DNA of 64,000 nt from Octopus vulgaris (taxonomy: Eukaryota), in contig OX597814.1 in the NCBI GenBank assembly GCA_951406725.2, positions 34,658,001 to 34,722,000 of the forward strand. The letters run 5' to 3'. The notes beneath the pieces were generated by a model. That model searched no databases. It saw nothing but the letters and a program-made list of their open reading frames with translations, and was not told where the DNA came from. This document shows positions 51,087-64,000 of the stretch, one piece after another (the first letter of the stretch is position 1; each line of letters starts with the position of its first letter). Position numbers and translations under genes: made by a program.

Positions 51087-52430
51087 GAAAAAAGGAATGG
51101 TGGCACAGGACTGATTAGTATAGACCATTGTATAAGGAGTGAAAGGGGAACGCCTGGCGAGTATTTGATAAATAGTGACGAAGATCTTGTGCAATATACC
51201 GGGACCCGTATTATTATTGATAATTTTTATATGCTATAGATAGAACGATGGTGGTAATGATAAACATTGTGGTTATGGAGGTGACACAATACAAGCACGT
51301 TATTTATATATATATATATGTGTATGTACATCTATGTGTACATGTATATACAAATAATAATAATAAGAGAGAGATGTAATCTCAATAAAAACTCTCGTGG
51401 GAACCTCACGAAAGACTCATGAAAGCATAATCCAACACAAGGAAAAACCTAACAGCGAGAATGAAGCTCTAGCTGAACATGGTGAAGGTTTCCCGCCTGG
51501 TAGTCCGAAACTGCCTACATAGGGGCAGTGATCTGGCCTCGAACGGTCGTTATATCACAACAGATCATATACATGATGTGCGCAAAAACAGAAATAAGTG
51601 GACAATGGAAGCGTATGATACACTTATTGAATGTCATGAAAATGTAAAGCTGGAAAGAAGTCACTGAATAGGTTGACTTACCTTGAAATGTTGGATGGAA
51701 AAGGACATGTGTCCAATGTCAGAAAATAAACTAATAGACCAAGTGAGGGTGATTAGGAAGAAGGGTTACTTAACTGGAGTAGAAATATCTCTGATTAGTA
51801 AGAGTCTGAGAGACCCTGCGGGCGGATGAGCTACAAAAGATGGTCGGATTTAAAAACAGAGAGGTAGGAGCTGAAAGCAAGGAGAAGAGTAGACAGGAGG
51901 AACAGGGGAATGGTGATGGGGCTGTTAAGGATGAAGAACGGGAAATGCAAACTCTTCACAGAAAGATTACAAGCGCTGCCATGATAAAGTGTGTGTGTGT
52001 ATCTTTATTGGCTCTTATGTCGTAAATACTAATATGAAGTAACAGAGAACTGGTATGAACATGTACCAAGTAAAGTTATGCAGGAGGATGGAAAAGTAAC
52101 GACACTCTGGGACTGATTTTCAGACGGTTCGTGTAATCGAACCCCGTCGGCCGGATATTGTCACATTGAATAAAAGAGACAAATACTAACAGATCATTGA
52201 TGTAGCCATACCAAATGACATGAATGTTCTGAGTAGAGAGGTTAAAAAAATCACCTAGTACTCCGAATTGAAAGTGAAAATGGCAAGACTGTATGGAATG
52301 CGAGAGGGTTATGTAAAAGTGATATCAGTGGGGATCGGAACATCGAGCTCAATCCCATTGAAACTTCAAAACTTCTTAAGCAACTGGAAATCTTGACGGA
52401 TGACTAAAGACTGCGGTGCATTTTTACTCA
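51086..52430 (+). mobile_element. R4/Dong-type LINE fragments (post-RT GGxGL, N-terminal domain, endonuclease)
   Basis: EKRNGGTGLISIDHCIRSE (51086); KWTMEAYDTLIECH...SENKLIDQVRVIRKKGYLTGVEI (51595-51790); RRPDIVTLNKRDK..IIDVAIPND (52145-52220). Confidence 0.8.
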
Positions 52431-52529
52431 CACTGTGTTATGAATGAATAACAATAATAATGATGATGATGATTTCATTTATTTGACACCAGGACGAAAG
52501 ATGATGTGGAGGCAATACAAAGACAAACA

Positions 52530-52590
52530 AAGTGTGCAAAAGCTGCTCGCGACATTTGTGTTGTGTATGGAGAGGGTACTATAGCTGAAC
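52530..52590 (+). mobile_element. Tiny mariner HTH fragment
   Basis: AKAARDICVVYGEGTIAE. Confidence 0.55.
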
Positions 52591-53830
52591 AATAAACCTC
52601 CCAAACCATTGCATACTGGAACGCTATAAAAACTCCTATGATCAATCCTAAAATGCGATTGTGTAAGATCAAACAATTTACGGGATTGTAAACGCAAAAT
52701 GCATGCTTATTAAAAGAGAAACATTCTAAACACTCTCTCTCCCCTCATTCTTTCGTTACTACTGTTATCACACTTAACCAGTATGGTAAACCATACTGTA
52801 TACACTCTGGGATGATGATCAATTATCTTCAGTATATGGATGATACTAAGTTTTGTGCTCTAAAAGTCAAACATGTGGAAGCAGTTGATTATAGTATACG
52901 ATTTCAATAAGGAAATCGCTATAAAATTTGACTGAGAAAAATGCGTCAAAGCAACATTGAAAAAAAAGAAATGAATAAAAATCGCTAATACCATGTTAGA
53001 TAAAGAACCACTAGGAAACAAAAAAATACTTAAAATTATTCAAGAATGAATGAACATGGTTATTAATGAGATAGACAATGAAACACACATAGCAAGGAAA
53101 AGACAAGGAAGAAATACCGACTATTTGCATTAATAATTAAAACAGCACTAAATGCTAAACATATGATAATTGTTATCAATAATTTAGTTGTTTCATCAAT
53201 AAGGTATAGTTATATTTCCAACTGGAAGCCATATAAAGTAACCAAATTAGAAAGAGAAGCAAAGCGAATAATGACTGCATGTGGAATCCACAGAAAATTT
53301 ATATTAACCACAAACAAGGGGATATAGTTTTTTTGCCAATTAGATAACCATTAAGCATATTTACAATAAGATTGTAAAAATCCCTGGTAATGAGTAAAGG
53401 AACACTAAAACGAATAGCAATAAAAACAACTAAAGCTATAACTCAGCTCTATCATCAAGGAAGTCAATACATATAAAACAGGGTTTCAAGCTGTAGGATG
53501 TTATGAAGAGAAAAAAGAAAGAACAACACAAGCTTTAAAACTTGTTTACGAGAAAATCGCTAATAAAAATATACGAAACTGCAAAAGGTGATTATTGAAA
53601 GTTTGAAATAATGAGAATGAATCTAGTATATTGCTTCTGATCTTGCCCCAATTTAAGCCACAAATCGAAATATGTAAACAGAAACGACAGAGTTGGGAAA
53701 CACCTATATCATTATGGAAGATGTACAAATGTTAAAAACGCAAAGCAGTGCAATACACGTCTATATGAAATAGAGAGACTATCTAAATCTTGTATCCTGG
53801 TAGTAGAGTTAAATAGAATGTGTGAAGTAA
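52590..53830 (+). mobile_element. Decayed R4/Dong-type RT fragment
   Basis: INYLQYMDDTKF at 52818-52853; downstream KF..EKCVKATL and LNAKHMIIVINNL. Confidence 0.75.
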
Positions 53831-53914
53831 AAATTGAAACAATACTCATTATGTAAAACTGAAATTGAGAATGATAAAACTTTACCATTTATCGTTTTTT
53901 TTTCTACCTTTACT

Positions 53915-54032
53915 TGTTTAAACTTCAAAAGGATGAAAGGCAACCTCGACGGCCGTAGGATTTGAGCCTGGAACGTAAAGACGTGAAAAATTCAGTATTT
54001 CGATCGGTGTGCAAATCTCTCTGCCAGCTCGC
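53915..54032 (-). mobile_element. SINE head, family of 20198
   Basis: AAGGATGAAAGGCAACCTCGAC..TCTGCCAGCTCGC. Confidence 0.7.
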
Positions 54033-54084
54033 AATAATAATAATAATAATAATGATGATGATGAGGAGGATGATAATGATGATA

Positions 54085-54125
<41 letters not shown>

Positions 54126-54159
54126 AATGATGATGATGATAATATTAATAATAATGATG

Positions 54160-54202
<43 letters not shown>

Positions 54203-54206
54203 TAAC

Positions 54207-54268
<62 letters not shown>

Positions 54269-55313
54269 GTGCCCTGATGCAGTACCAGGCAGTGGCTCTC
54301 ATGGCTTCTGATCTTAACTGATTGGAAGTGTTATCATGTACATTGTTTTGTCTTGGTATAAAAGATGGGCTACAGCAAATATTCTGCTCAATACCACAGA
54401 TTTGCTTGTCAGTTGTTTGACTTTAACCAGTTGAGCATGTCCCTTAGTGGCTGACGATATGTGCATCTCTGATCATGAGCAGAAGTAGTGGGGGAGCATC
54501 ATAGCCATGTGTTGAGAGGGATTCTTTGGGGTTTGAATAATTCACCTCTGGAAACATGGGTGGTTCTTTCAACATCCTTAAACAACCCTTATTCAGGGAC
54601 CTTTTGAGTGGGATGGGCTACTCAACCTGAAGAAAATTCTAATTGGGCCCCACCTGCAAGGTCATGTGCTGTTTATCTTGATATGAGATCACCATGTCGC
54701 GCACATATGGTTGTGATGCATGTGCCTGGTGTACCTTTATCAGACGGGTAGTCATGATGGGTATATTGGGCTTCGTATATTTTACCCCAGTGTCACTTTG
54801 ATGGCATGAACTGCTCTCTCACTCAATAATAATAATAATAATAATAATAAAAGATGGGCTACAGCAAATATTCTGCTCAATACCACAGATTTGCTTGTCA
54901 GTTGTTTGACCGTAACCAGTTGAGCATGTCCCTTAGTGGCTGACGATATGTGCATCTCTGATCACGAGCAGAAGTAGTGGGGGAGCATCATAGCCATGTG
55001 TTGAGAGGAATTGTTTGGGGTTTGAATAGTTCACCTCTGGAAACATGGGTGGTTCTTTCAACATCCTTAAACAACCCTTATTCAGGGACCGTTTGAGCGG
55101 GATGGGCTACTCAACCTGAAGAAAATTCTAATTGGGCCCCACCTGCAAGGTCATGTGCTGTTTATTTTGATATGAGATCACCATGTCGCGCACATATGGT
55201 TGTGATGCGAGTGCCTGGTGTACCTTTATCAGACGGGTAGTCATGATGGGTATATTGGGCTTCGTATATTTTACCCCAGTGTCACTTTGATGGCATGAAC
55301 TGCTCTCTCACTC
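54269..55313. mobile_element. Tandem pair of the ~555-bp element: full copy 54269-54824 and left-truncated copy 54848-55313
   Basis: Near-identical copies separated by a short (TAA)n. Confidence 0.95.
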
Positions 55314-55330
55314 AATAATAATAATAATAA

Positions 55331-56102
55331 TTGTAGTCTTACTAGTGATTTAAAACCGGAAACGGAGATTCTAATCAGTGCTACCCAAGAGCAAACTATA
55401 ACAACAAACTACATAAAATACAGAATAGACAACACAGCAGAAAGTGATAAGGGCAGAATCTGTGGACAAAACGGTGAAACCGTATAGCATACTATCAGGC
55501 AATGTACGTCACTATCCCAGAAGGAATATAAGAGACACCACGACTATATAGCCAGGCTTGTCCATTGGCACTCTGCAACAAGTATGACCTTGATAGAGGA
55601 AAAAATTGGTACGACAGCAAACCTGGAGGCATCGTCGAAAATAGAAATGCAAAGATCCTATGGGATTTTATGATATAGTGCGACTATGAGATAAAGAATA
55701 GCAAGCCAGACATAGTCTTAATTGAGAAAGAAAACAAACTATGCTGGATCATAGATACAGCATGCCCAGCTGACAACAATGTATGCCATAAGGAAGAAAG
55801 AAAAGTTGAGAGATATGACAGGTTAGATTGGGAGGTTAAGCAGTTGTGGTCGATGAAAACGATAGCAGTAGTACCAATAATTGTTGGAGTCCTGGGACTG
55901 GGAACAGTGAGCAAAAATCTCGAGAAGTACGTGGAACAAATAGGGGCTGCAATAAGGGTGGAGGACTTGCAGAAAACGGCACTGCTTGTAACTGCTTGTA
56001 TACTCCGGAAGGTGCTCGAAAAATAAGGGTGTTACCTTAGTTCACTGGTAGTAAATAGCTGACACTGTAGTACATCTCCAGCGTTAGAAACTGTGCAAAG
56101 GC
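55331..56102 (+). mobile_element. 5'-truncated R4/Dong-type LINE (CCHC, restriction-like endonuclease, 3' UTR)
   Basis: DLKPETEILISATQEQ..RICGQNGETV*H..C..YKRHHD..KILWDF..KPDIVLIEKENKLCWIIDTACPAD..EERKVERY..LQKTALL..LRKVLEK*, then (AAT)n. Confidence 0.92.
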
Positions 56103-56172
<70 letters not shown>

Positions 56173-56175
56173 TTT

Positions 56176-56240
<65 letters not shown>

Positions 56241-56543
56241 TGATAATAATAATAATAATAATAATTGCTCAGGATATCGCTCAAATTCTATTGATTTTTC
56301 TTCTATATTGAACGGTATATGTGCGAAGAGTTTTCGAATGTGCTGCAAGCGAAATAGAAACCAGACGAAAGGAATAGAAGCATCTCTACTAAATACTGTT
56401 ATTCCTAATATAATTATGAGATAGTGTGCTCACGCAATTCTTTGCTTCATAATTATATCAATCTAACGAAATAATAAACTGAGGATATTTTTGAATCGAA
56501 TCGATTCGGTGAAATGCGTTTGCATTCGATCATGTACATGCCT

Positions 56544-56609
<66 letters not shown>

Positions 56610-57014
56610 GTATATGTATATGCATATGTATATGTATACACAGCTATGTGCTATGTTTGTGTATACATATTCATGTATGCACACACTGACACTTACAAAC
56701 ACACATATAACAACTTTATCTACCACATAGGTATATGAACACGCACAGAAGTGTACATTAGCAGATAATCATAGGCACATATAGAGAAAAAGGATTCGTA
56801 TACACACATAAAATATGCATAGGAACATGTATCTCTCACATTCAGGCTATATCCCATTTCCTCATTTTATTATCTTCACTTTAACTTATACATACATGCT
56901 TTCATGCATGCGCACGCATATATACAAATACGTAAGGTGTGTGTGTGTATAGCATATACCTATAGATACATATATAATGCACATATATATATACATATAT
57001 ATGTCCATATATAC

Positions 57015-57220
57015 ATATATGTTTTCACACACACACTCATACGCAAATGGATATATATATATATATATTTATATATATACATATATAAATACATGTTTTC
57101 ACGCCCACCCACACGCAAATGTGTGTATGTGTATATATATATATATAAATATATACACATATATATATATACATATATACATATATGTTTTCACCCACAC
57201 CCACACGCAAATGTGTATAT
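57015..57220. repeat. Three-copy minisatellite core ATGTTTTCAC...ACGCAAATG spaced by (TA)n
   Basis: Cores at ~57018, ~57092 and ~57184. Confidence 0.75.
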
Positions 57221-58387
57221 ATATATATATATATGCGTACAAGCACATATATGAGCACATACATGCAGAATCACAAAACACACGCCCAAACATATTACGT
57301 ATGCATTTTTATATCTGCATATAAGAATCAGTGAAACTATACGTATAGGGATGTGTTTGAATAGATGTCTGCATCAATCAACGTTTAGACATGATATACA
57401 TGACGCAAACACTGGAACTGTCAAATTTGTATGAAATATTGATCGAATATTTACGCTACATGATCAAAACTGGTTCAATAATTCATTCCTGTTTATCAAG
57501 AAGTTTAGTTTGATTTTACTCGGTATGTAACAATGTTTGTCGTTCAGCTTTAAACATAACACATTTAGTCACGATGCGAGATTGAAAAGGATATGATATG
57601 TAAATAGATAAAGAAATGTTCTGTATGTGTTTCCCGCCCACACCCTCAAGTAATTTGGGTCTGTAAATCATATTTATCACACCAATTTTTATTGTTGTTG
57701 CAGTCCTTTTGTTTTGCGAATTTCGAAATGTTATTATGGTCTTTTTGCTGTTAATAATTTTTGTTGACGCTTTCAGTTGTAACTGTTTCCTAGGCACCTC
57801 CTCAAATCCAAAAATTACTCCTATTACATACACAACATATAATTTAGTAAATGCGAGAGTTGCAAACATACAGCTAGATAATTACATATAAATACAAATC
57901 TACATACATAAATACTAACAAGCGTGCATACTTGAATACAGATATATTCTTCTATGTACATATAATATATATTTATGTATTTACATAAGTTGAACACCTG
58001 CAATTCTGTGTATTGGTAGTTAGAGAGATGTGAGTAAATTTGCTGTCATTTCATTAAGTGTGTATTAATATTTCCTTATGTTCTTAGTAGTCTGGAGTTG
58101 ATTGGGTACTAAGTAAAGTTACCATTGCTGGGGTTTTCGCATAGAATTGTTTTTCTTAACGTATGGTCTGGACTCTTGGATTTATTTACATATTTCTATA
58201 AGCCATGTTCTGATTAGGAGAAACTTTGATGAAGGTAGAAATTGTTTTGGCGAAAAAGTGCATGCAAATTCTGAGAGGTTATTCCGAATAGCAACATACA
58301 CACATATACGTGCACATATGCATGCACACTTACATATATGCACATATGCATGGACATACCTGCATAGTACATAAATCTATATATATG

Positions 58388-59266
58388 GTAGACCCATAAA
58401 AGATCTTCCTTTCACCCATTCACGTCACACTCGGCCTCATAAAAAACTTCGTAAAAACAATGACACATGATGATTGTGGCTTCTAGTACCTAAAAGTAAA
58501 ATTTGGTGCAGAGAAAATTGATGCAAAACTGAAAGCAGGTATTTCCAATGGGCCCGGGATCAGAGAATTGATATCTGATAGCAAATTCAGAGGTAAACTG
58601 AATCCAATTGAGCTGACGGCGTGGGATTCATTCGTGTTAGTTATATAGAACTTTCTTTGGAAATCATAGAGCTGAAAACGATGCTGATTTAATAAACAAC
58701 ATGCTAAGAGCGCATGAAAGAATGGGGTGTCGAATGTCCCTTAACATGCACTTTTTGCATTCTCATCTCAATTTTTTTCCAACGAATCTTGGTGCCGTTA
58801 GTAATGAGTATGGTGAAAGATTCCAGCATCTGAGATGGAAACGAGGTATCAAGGCCCGTTCAATCCACATTTGATGGGTGGTTGCTGCTGGTTCCTACAA
58901 CAGGAGACCAGCACGACGCATAAATGCAAGATCAAATGTCTTAAGCATTTCTGAGCTGAGCATATTAAAAATAAAGTTAGTATTCCCTTAACATAAATAT
59001 AGTATGTACCATTATATTATAAAACTATTTGCCTTGAGCATACATTTACTATACACTCTACTAATATGATATTATAATAATTATTTACATTGAACTTAAC
59101 TCTTTCTGATTCTAATATAGTATTAAGATATAATTATGCGCATAACTCAAAATCTGGACGTACTACAGCAAATTTGAGTTCAGAATCGGAATCAGCATAC
59201 TCAATTTAGTTTAGTACAGCACCAGTTGTCTTGGTAGCGGACAATAAATCTTTTTGTTGCCCAGTG
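58388..59266 (+). mobile_element. Chapaev3 (CMC) DNA transposon, 3' part of transposase pseudogene with right TIR
   Basis: SPIHVTLGLIKNFVKTM...DAKLKAGI..GPGIRELI...GCRMSLNMHFLHSHLNFFPTNLGAVSNEYGERFQ..METRYQG. Ends TTTTTGTTGCCCAGTG|TTA (CAC terminus, TWA target). Confidence 0.88.
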
Positions 59267-59921
59267 TTATCTATCTATTTATACACATTTACTTTTTATA
59301 ACAACAATTTTGGAATTGACTTCACAATTTCATCGGTTCTGTGTCAAATGGACTGCCTGGTCCACAACCGATGAAACTGCGAAGTTACTGTCAAACGTTT
59401 TGTAGTCTTATGTGTGATGCTCAAATGAAATATATTGCGCGACTCTTGAGTTAATGACAGGTTTTATATCATTCAACTACGGTAGTAGTTGAATAATATT
59501 CTTAACATAGCTTTTTTTTTCGCAGTCGGCGTCTTCCAAGCAGTCTCACTAATTCAGTTTTAATCGAAATCAAATTTAGGTTTCTGAATTATGTTTGACA
59601 AGTGATAAGCTACATTTAGACATAAAATACTTAAAATCTGGTGCAGTAGAACCAAAGTTAAAAGAAAAAATGTATTGACTTACGTGAGTAACGCCCGATA
59701 TCGGCACTTGGAATCCACACCATTCTTTTAATTTTGGTTAAGAATTATTATATTCATATTAATATGAAAGAGAAATGTTAAAGGTTTCGTAAAATTTTAT
59801 CCATTAGAAATAAAAGATATTTAATTTTAACTCTCAAATTTTTATCAATTCTGCGTGATATTAAAAGGACACTACTCATATATGAACTAAACTATTTCTT
59901 AGGCCACACTCAACAAAAGAT

Positions 59922-60075
59922 AAGTTTCTTTATTAGCCACACAGGGCTGCACACAGATGGGACAAGTTACAAGGTAGAGCTTTTCTTTTGGGGGATGAAA
60001 AAAACAAAAGACAAAAGAAACAAAAAAAAAGGTGGCGTAGGTTTTCGATCAAAAGGGATCGTAAAAGGGGAAAAG
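59922..60075 (-). mobile_element. Second copy of the 13818-13962 retroposon end
   Basis: Near-identical reverse complement. Confidence 0.78.
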
Positions 60076-60907
60076 AAGAACAAAAAAAAAAAATAAAATA
60101 AGATAAAAGGCGGCACAAATCGATACAAAGAGTTCTAATATTTATGTTCATTAATCTAAATTATTTTTTATAAAAAAATGAAATTTTTTGCTTAATTTTC
60201 TGTAGTATGACTTTTTAAGGTCCATTTTGGAATGAATTATTTTAATAACAAGATTATTTCATAAAATATTAAATCTTTTTTGAATTTTGTCTCCATGAGC
60301 AGTACTCAATCATGCAGTAGGACTGTTCAGAAAAGGCAAATGACAAAAATTCAAATATTTAAACAGTGAATTTTCACTATTTTAAAATTTTCAAACATGG
60401 AGTTAATTATTTGCATGCTAAAAATGACTTTATAATTTATTTATTAATTTTATAGTAAATAGAATATGATTATTTGTGATTTTGTCTCTATGAGCAGTAC
60501 TGAAGTCTGTAGTAAGGCTGCTCAGAAAAGCAAATGCTACTTGTAATTATATTCTATTCAATATTAATTAAATTTAATTTATTTAAAATAAAATCATTTT
60601 ATTAAATTTGTATCCTCATTGTTTTCCGTTATTTAAAAAATTCTTTAAATATATTCATTTGTAAATTTGTCTCTATACAGTACCGAAATTACAGTACGTA
60701 CATTATGACAATAAAAGGAAAAGTTGCGATGATTATGATTAATTTTTAATTTAATTTCTAAACGAGAATTAGTCAAATGAAAAAAATCAAAATTTTGTTT
60801 GAATTTTCTTGGAAATTTATGAATTCAAAATGACTGCAAAAGATTGTAGTTTTATATAATCTTAATTAAAATTTTAACTTTTTCTGCAATGCCTGTAAAA
60901 ACACTGG

Positions 60908-61266
60908 ACTAGCCAATGAAAAATGCGGACGCATCCTGACAATATTCTTAACAATTAAACCTGGAAAAATAGGGGACATGAAAAACTCATTAAAATTAGA
61001 GCTTAAAATATTACTGCTAAAATTTAAATTTAAAATTTTTTATTAATTCATGTATTACAAAAAGCAAAATAAAAAGAAAAAAGAAAAATTGAAATAAATT
61101 GAATTTTTAAAAAAGTATGAAAAGTACCCAAGAGGTACTTTTTAATTTGAATTTTAGCAGCAATATTTTAAGCTCTAATTTTAATGAGTATTTTTTTTTT
61201 CTTGTCCACTAATTTTCCAGGTTTAATTGTTAAAAATATTGTTAGTCCGCATTTTCATTGGCTAGT
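60908..61266. repeat. Foldback inverted repeat, ~128-bp arms (MITE-like)
   Basis: ACTAGCCAATGAAAA.TGCGGAC / GTCCGCATTTTCATTGGCTAGT; ACTCATTAAAATTAGAGCTTAAAATATT with its reverse complement. Confidence 0.9.
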
Positions 61267-61399
61267 ATGTAACTATGCGTTTTCCTTTCTTTGAAGTATT
61301 CTTTCAAACATATATATTTCGGAAAATACTGTGGATCAATTCATTCAGCCTCTGGACAATTATGGAAACGAGTCTTAAATAACAAACATCTAATCAACA

Positions 61400-62085
61400 A
61401 AACGAAACTGATGGGAAATCGAGCTGTTGTCTTATAAGTTTATTATACGTTTGCGAAACACGAACATGTTTGTGAAACACGGATATTGAGAAGCTAGAGC
61501 ATTTTCATCAAAAACATCTCCACACCATCTTAAACATAAGAAGTACATAATTAGCAGTGCTGTTTTAGATAATGCCAACAGTCGAAGCATAGAGTTAACT
61601 ACATTAAAACACCAGTTAAGACTGATTAGGGTGTGTGGCTAGAATGGAAGACGAAAGATTTCTTCATCAAATGCTCTTCACTGAATTAATCAGAGGTATA
61701 GATTACGAGTAGTCGTTTCTGCCCTTCCACAGCTTAAAATAAAACTTCTAGCTAAAAGCCAACTTCTCAAATAACTTGAAAATGAAAGTAAAATGTGGAA
61801 ATCTGAAGCCAAGAATCGCTCAAGCTGGTATCACTCACTCTATCACCACTGGAAGTGATCTTTGTGAAATCAAGAAAAATGAAACGTTAAAAAAGAATGC
61901 AAGATGCGACAATAACATTCTCGCTATCCACCATCTCTTCCTTGTTGTCTTTGTTCTGGCTTGTTTTATGCCAGGAATGTCCTTCTCAGTCATTAACGCC
62001 ATCAACAAGGAGGAAACCTTTCAAGAATGGAAATTCTCAGGCATCAGAAATAGCTGCCGCAGATGATACACAAAACAAGCATTAC
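61400..62085 (+). mobile_element. RTE-clade LINE 3' fragment
   Basis: LLYVCETRT..IEKLEHFHQKHLHTILNI...SIELTTLKHQLRL..VARMEDERFLHQMLFTEL; runs into (TACC)n. Confidence 0.82.
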
Positions 62086-63104
62086 TACCTACCTACCAAC
62101 CTGCCTGCCTGCCTATCTACCTACCTACCTACCTACCCACCCACCTACCTACCTACCTACCTACCTACCTACCTACCTACCTACCTACCTATCTACCTAC
62201 CTACCTACCTACCTACCTACCCACAGACATATACATCCATACATATAAGCAAATACACATCTAGATACATCCATACGCACATACACATACTGATATTTTA
62301 ACACGTTTAGTGTTCTTGTAGTGTGGTCCAATGCTTACTTATGATAGTTACGCGTCCTTCTAATTGAACCTAATTGAAATGGTGGTGTTTGAGGCTAACT
62401 CCATATTCAAAAATCTTAAAATTATTGGTAATTTCTTGTATTCATATAAATATAGGAGGCGTAATTCACCAAACAATTAGAACTTAATAGTACACTACTC
62501 AGTCATTAATAATAAAATAACTAGCAATGTTTCTGATTATTGTAAATGCTTATCACAGCTTCGCTCGAGCAACGGAGCAAAGAAATGCTACTGGAGAATT
62601 AGACACGTTTATGGTGTTGATATGATTGGAAAGTGACTTGCGGCGAACTGCGAACCACATATTTGAAACATTCTTCATTGCCAACCTTTTTCCCAATAAC
62701 ATCTAATCAATGACCGACCACAAAGGAGAGGATGTGGTACAAGTAAAGTTTTGGAAAAGAAGTGAAGACTGGTTAAAACGTGATATTAACAAACTTGACG
62801 CATCTACCTCTTTTGTGAGCTTCAAATAAAAATATCTCCCATATTTGGTGTCATAAAACATTTGATGTCATAAAACCACACCGAAGCACACGAAGTTTTT
62901 TGTTGCAAAAGGGCTTCGATAAACGAAGAAGTTATGACAGCAGAAGTCTGAATGCAGGATATTTTTCTGGGCATCACGTTTCTTTTAGTCACGTAGATTA
63001 CCTACTTTAAGTTGTAAATGAGCGTTTTCTGGCTGTAAAATAACCGAACATATCAATATAAAGATGGCTAAATTGATATGCATCGTAAAGATATGATTGC
63101 TTAA

Positions 63105-63170
<66 letters not shown>

Positions 63171-63819
63171 GAAATATTTGATATTTTGCTGTTAACAAAT
63201 ATTTCCTATATTAAGAGATGAAAGTACTGCTATATCATTAACACACGTTTTACCTTAGTTATTATTTTTTAATTTGAAAAAGCCCGATGCCAGAGATGCT
63301 CTACTTATGGTTGTAGCAGTGGTCAATGATTTTTAAAGGATGTTTATGAAACTGTTAAATCTATATTTGCAACGTGACACATAATTTTAAATAACACAGT
63401 TGAAAGGGATAATCTTAAAAATTATAGATATCAGGAGTGGTTTTCAAAAGTTAATGGTATTCATTTCATCTGTATTTTTTGTTAAGAGTAAATGCCACTC
63501 TTTTACGCTATGATCAAGTCATTGCATAGACATTTCCCCATTATATCACGAGTAAATTTTAAAAGATTTAATATTTTACTTTGCTAGAAGCATCAAGTGT
63601 TAACGTTAACATGACGAGTTGGAAAAGAATTCGAAAATTCACAGAATAGATGGCTATCTTATAAAAACGTAAATAACATAATATTACAGCATTAGAAAAC
63701 TTCGATATTTTGATTTCAAGCAGGATGGACAAAAAAAGATTGAGAAAGCGAGTAAAATATAAGGAACAATACTCCACAAAAGAATGAAATATATGTTACT
63801 ATTTCTGGATTACATATTT

Positions 63820-64000
63820 ATTTCTTTATTGCTCACAGGGGGCAAAACATAGACGGGACAAACAAGAACAGACAAAGGGATTAAGTCGATTACATCGACT
63901 CCAGTGCCTAAAAGGATGAAAAGCAAAGTCGCCCTCGGCGGAATTTGAACTCAGAACGTAACGGCAGACGAAATACCACTTAGCATTTCGCCCGGCGTGC
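63820..64000 (-). mobile_element. SINE of the 20198 family, cut by the window end
   Basis: Reverse complement of GCACGCCGGGCGAAATGCT..GAGTTCAAATTCCGCCGAGG..AATAAAGAAATA. Confidence 0.88.

Noticed and set aside
54269-55313. Long direct repeats suggesting the LTRs of a retrotransposon, or CRISPR-like spacing
   Set aside because: The copies are adjacent and separated only by (TAA)n, with no TG..CA, PBS or internal gag-pol. The context is eukaryotic with no repeat-spacer array.
61115-61145. TGAAAA followed by a GTACC/GGTAC hairpin as a further hammerhead
   Set aside because: No GAAA, stem III or stem I follows.
62500-62990. Possible DNA-transposon end
   Set aside because: Only a vague resemblance; no partner TIR or coding motif.

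Overview
AT-rich, microsatellite-dense eukaryotic non-coding DNA. Its SINE, LINE and microsatellite content looks like an octopus (coleoid cephalopod) genome; this is an inference. No intact host protein-coding gene is supported: nearly all listed ORFs are translated microsatellites or decayed transposon fragments. The window is a transposon graveyard. It holds tRNA-derived SINEs, R4/Dong-type, CR1-type and RTE LINE remnants, Penelope-like element (PLE) remnants, a Gypsy LTR-gag remnant, mariner, maT and Chapaev3 DNA transposons, and non-autonomous Helitrons. Four signals stand out. (1) Type I hammerhead ribozyme motifs lie in short (TA)n-embedded repeats, and the 3-8 core pair occurs as C-G, G-C and U-A in different families; one motif sits in a 131-bp palindrome with perfect arms. 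(2) A Helitron-bounded interval carries a mosaic of near-identical copies of nearby DNA. (3) An 11-kb (TAA)n-targeted R4/Dong insertion hotspot contains a ~555-bp non-coding partner element. (4) A four-copy module ending in a splice-donor motif may be an array of first exons. Boundaries of decayed elements are approximate.
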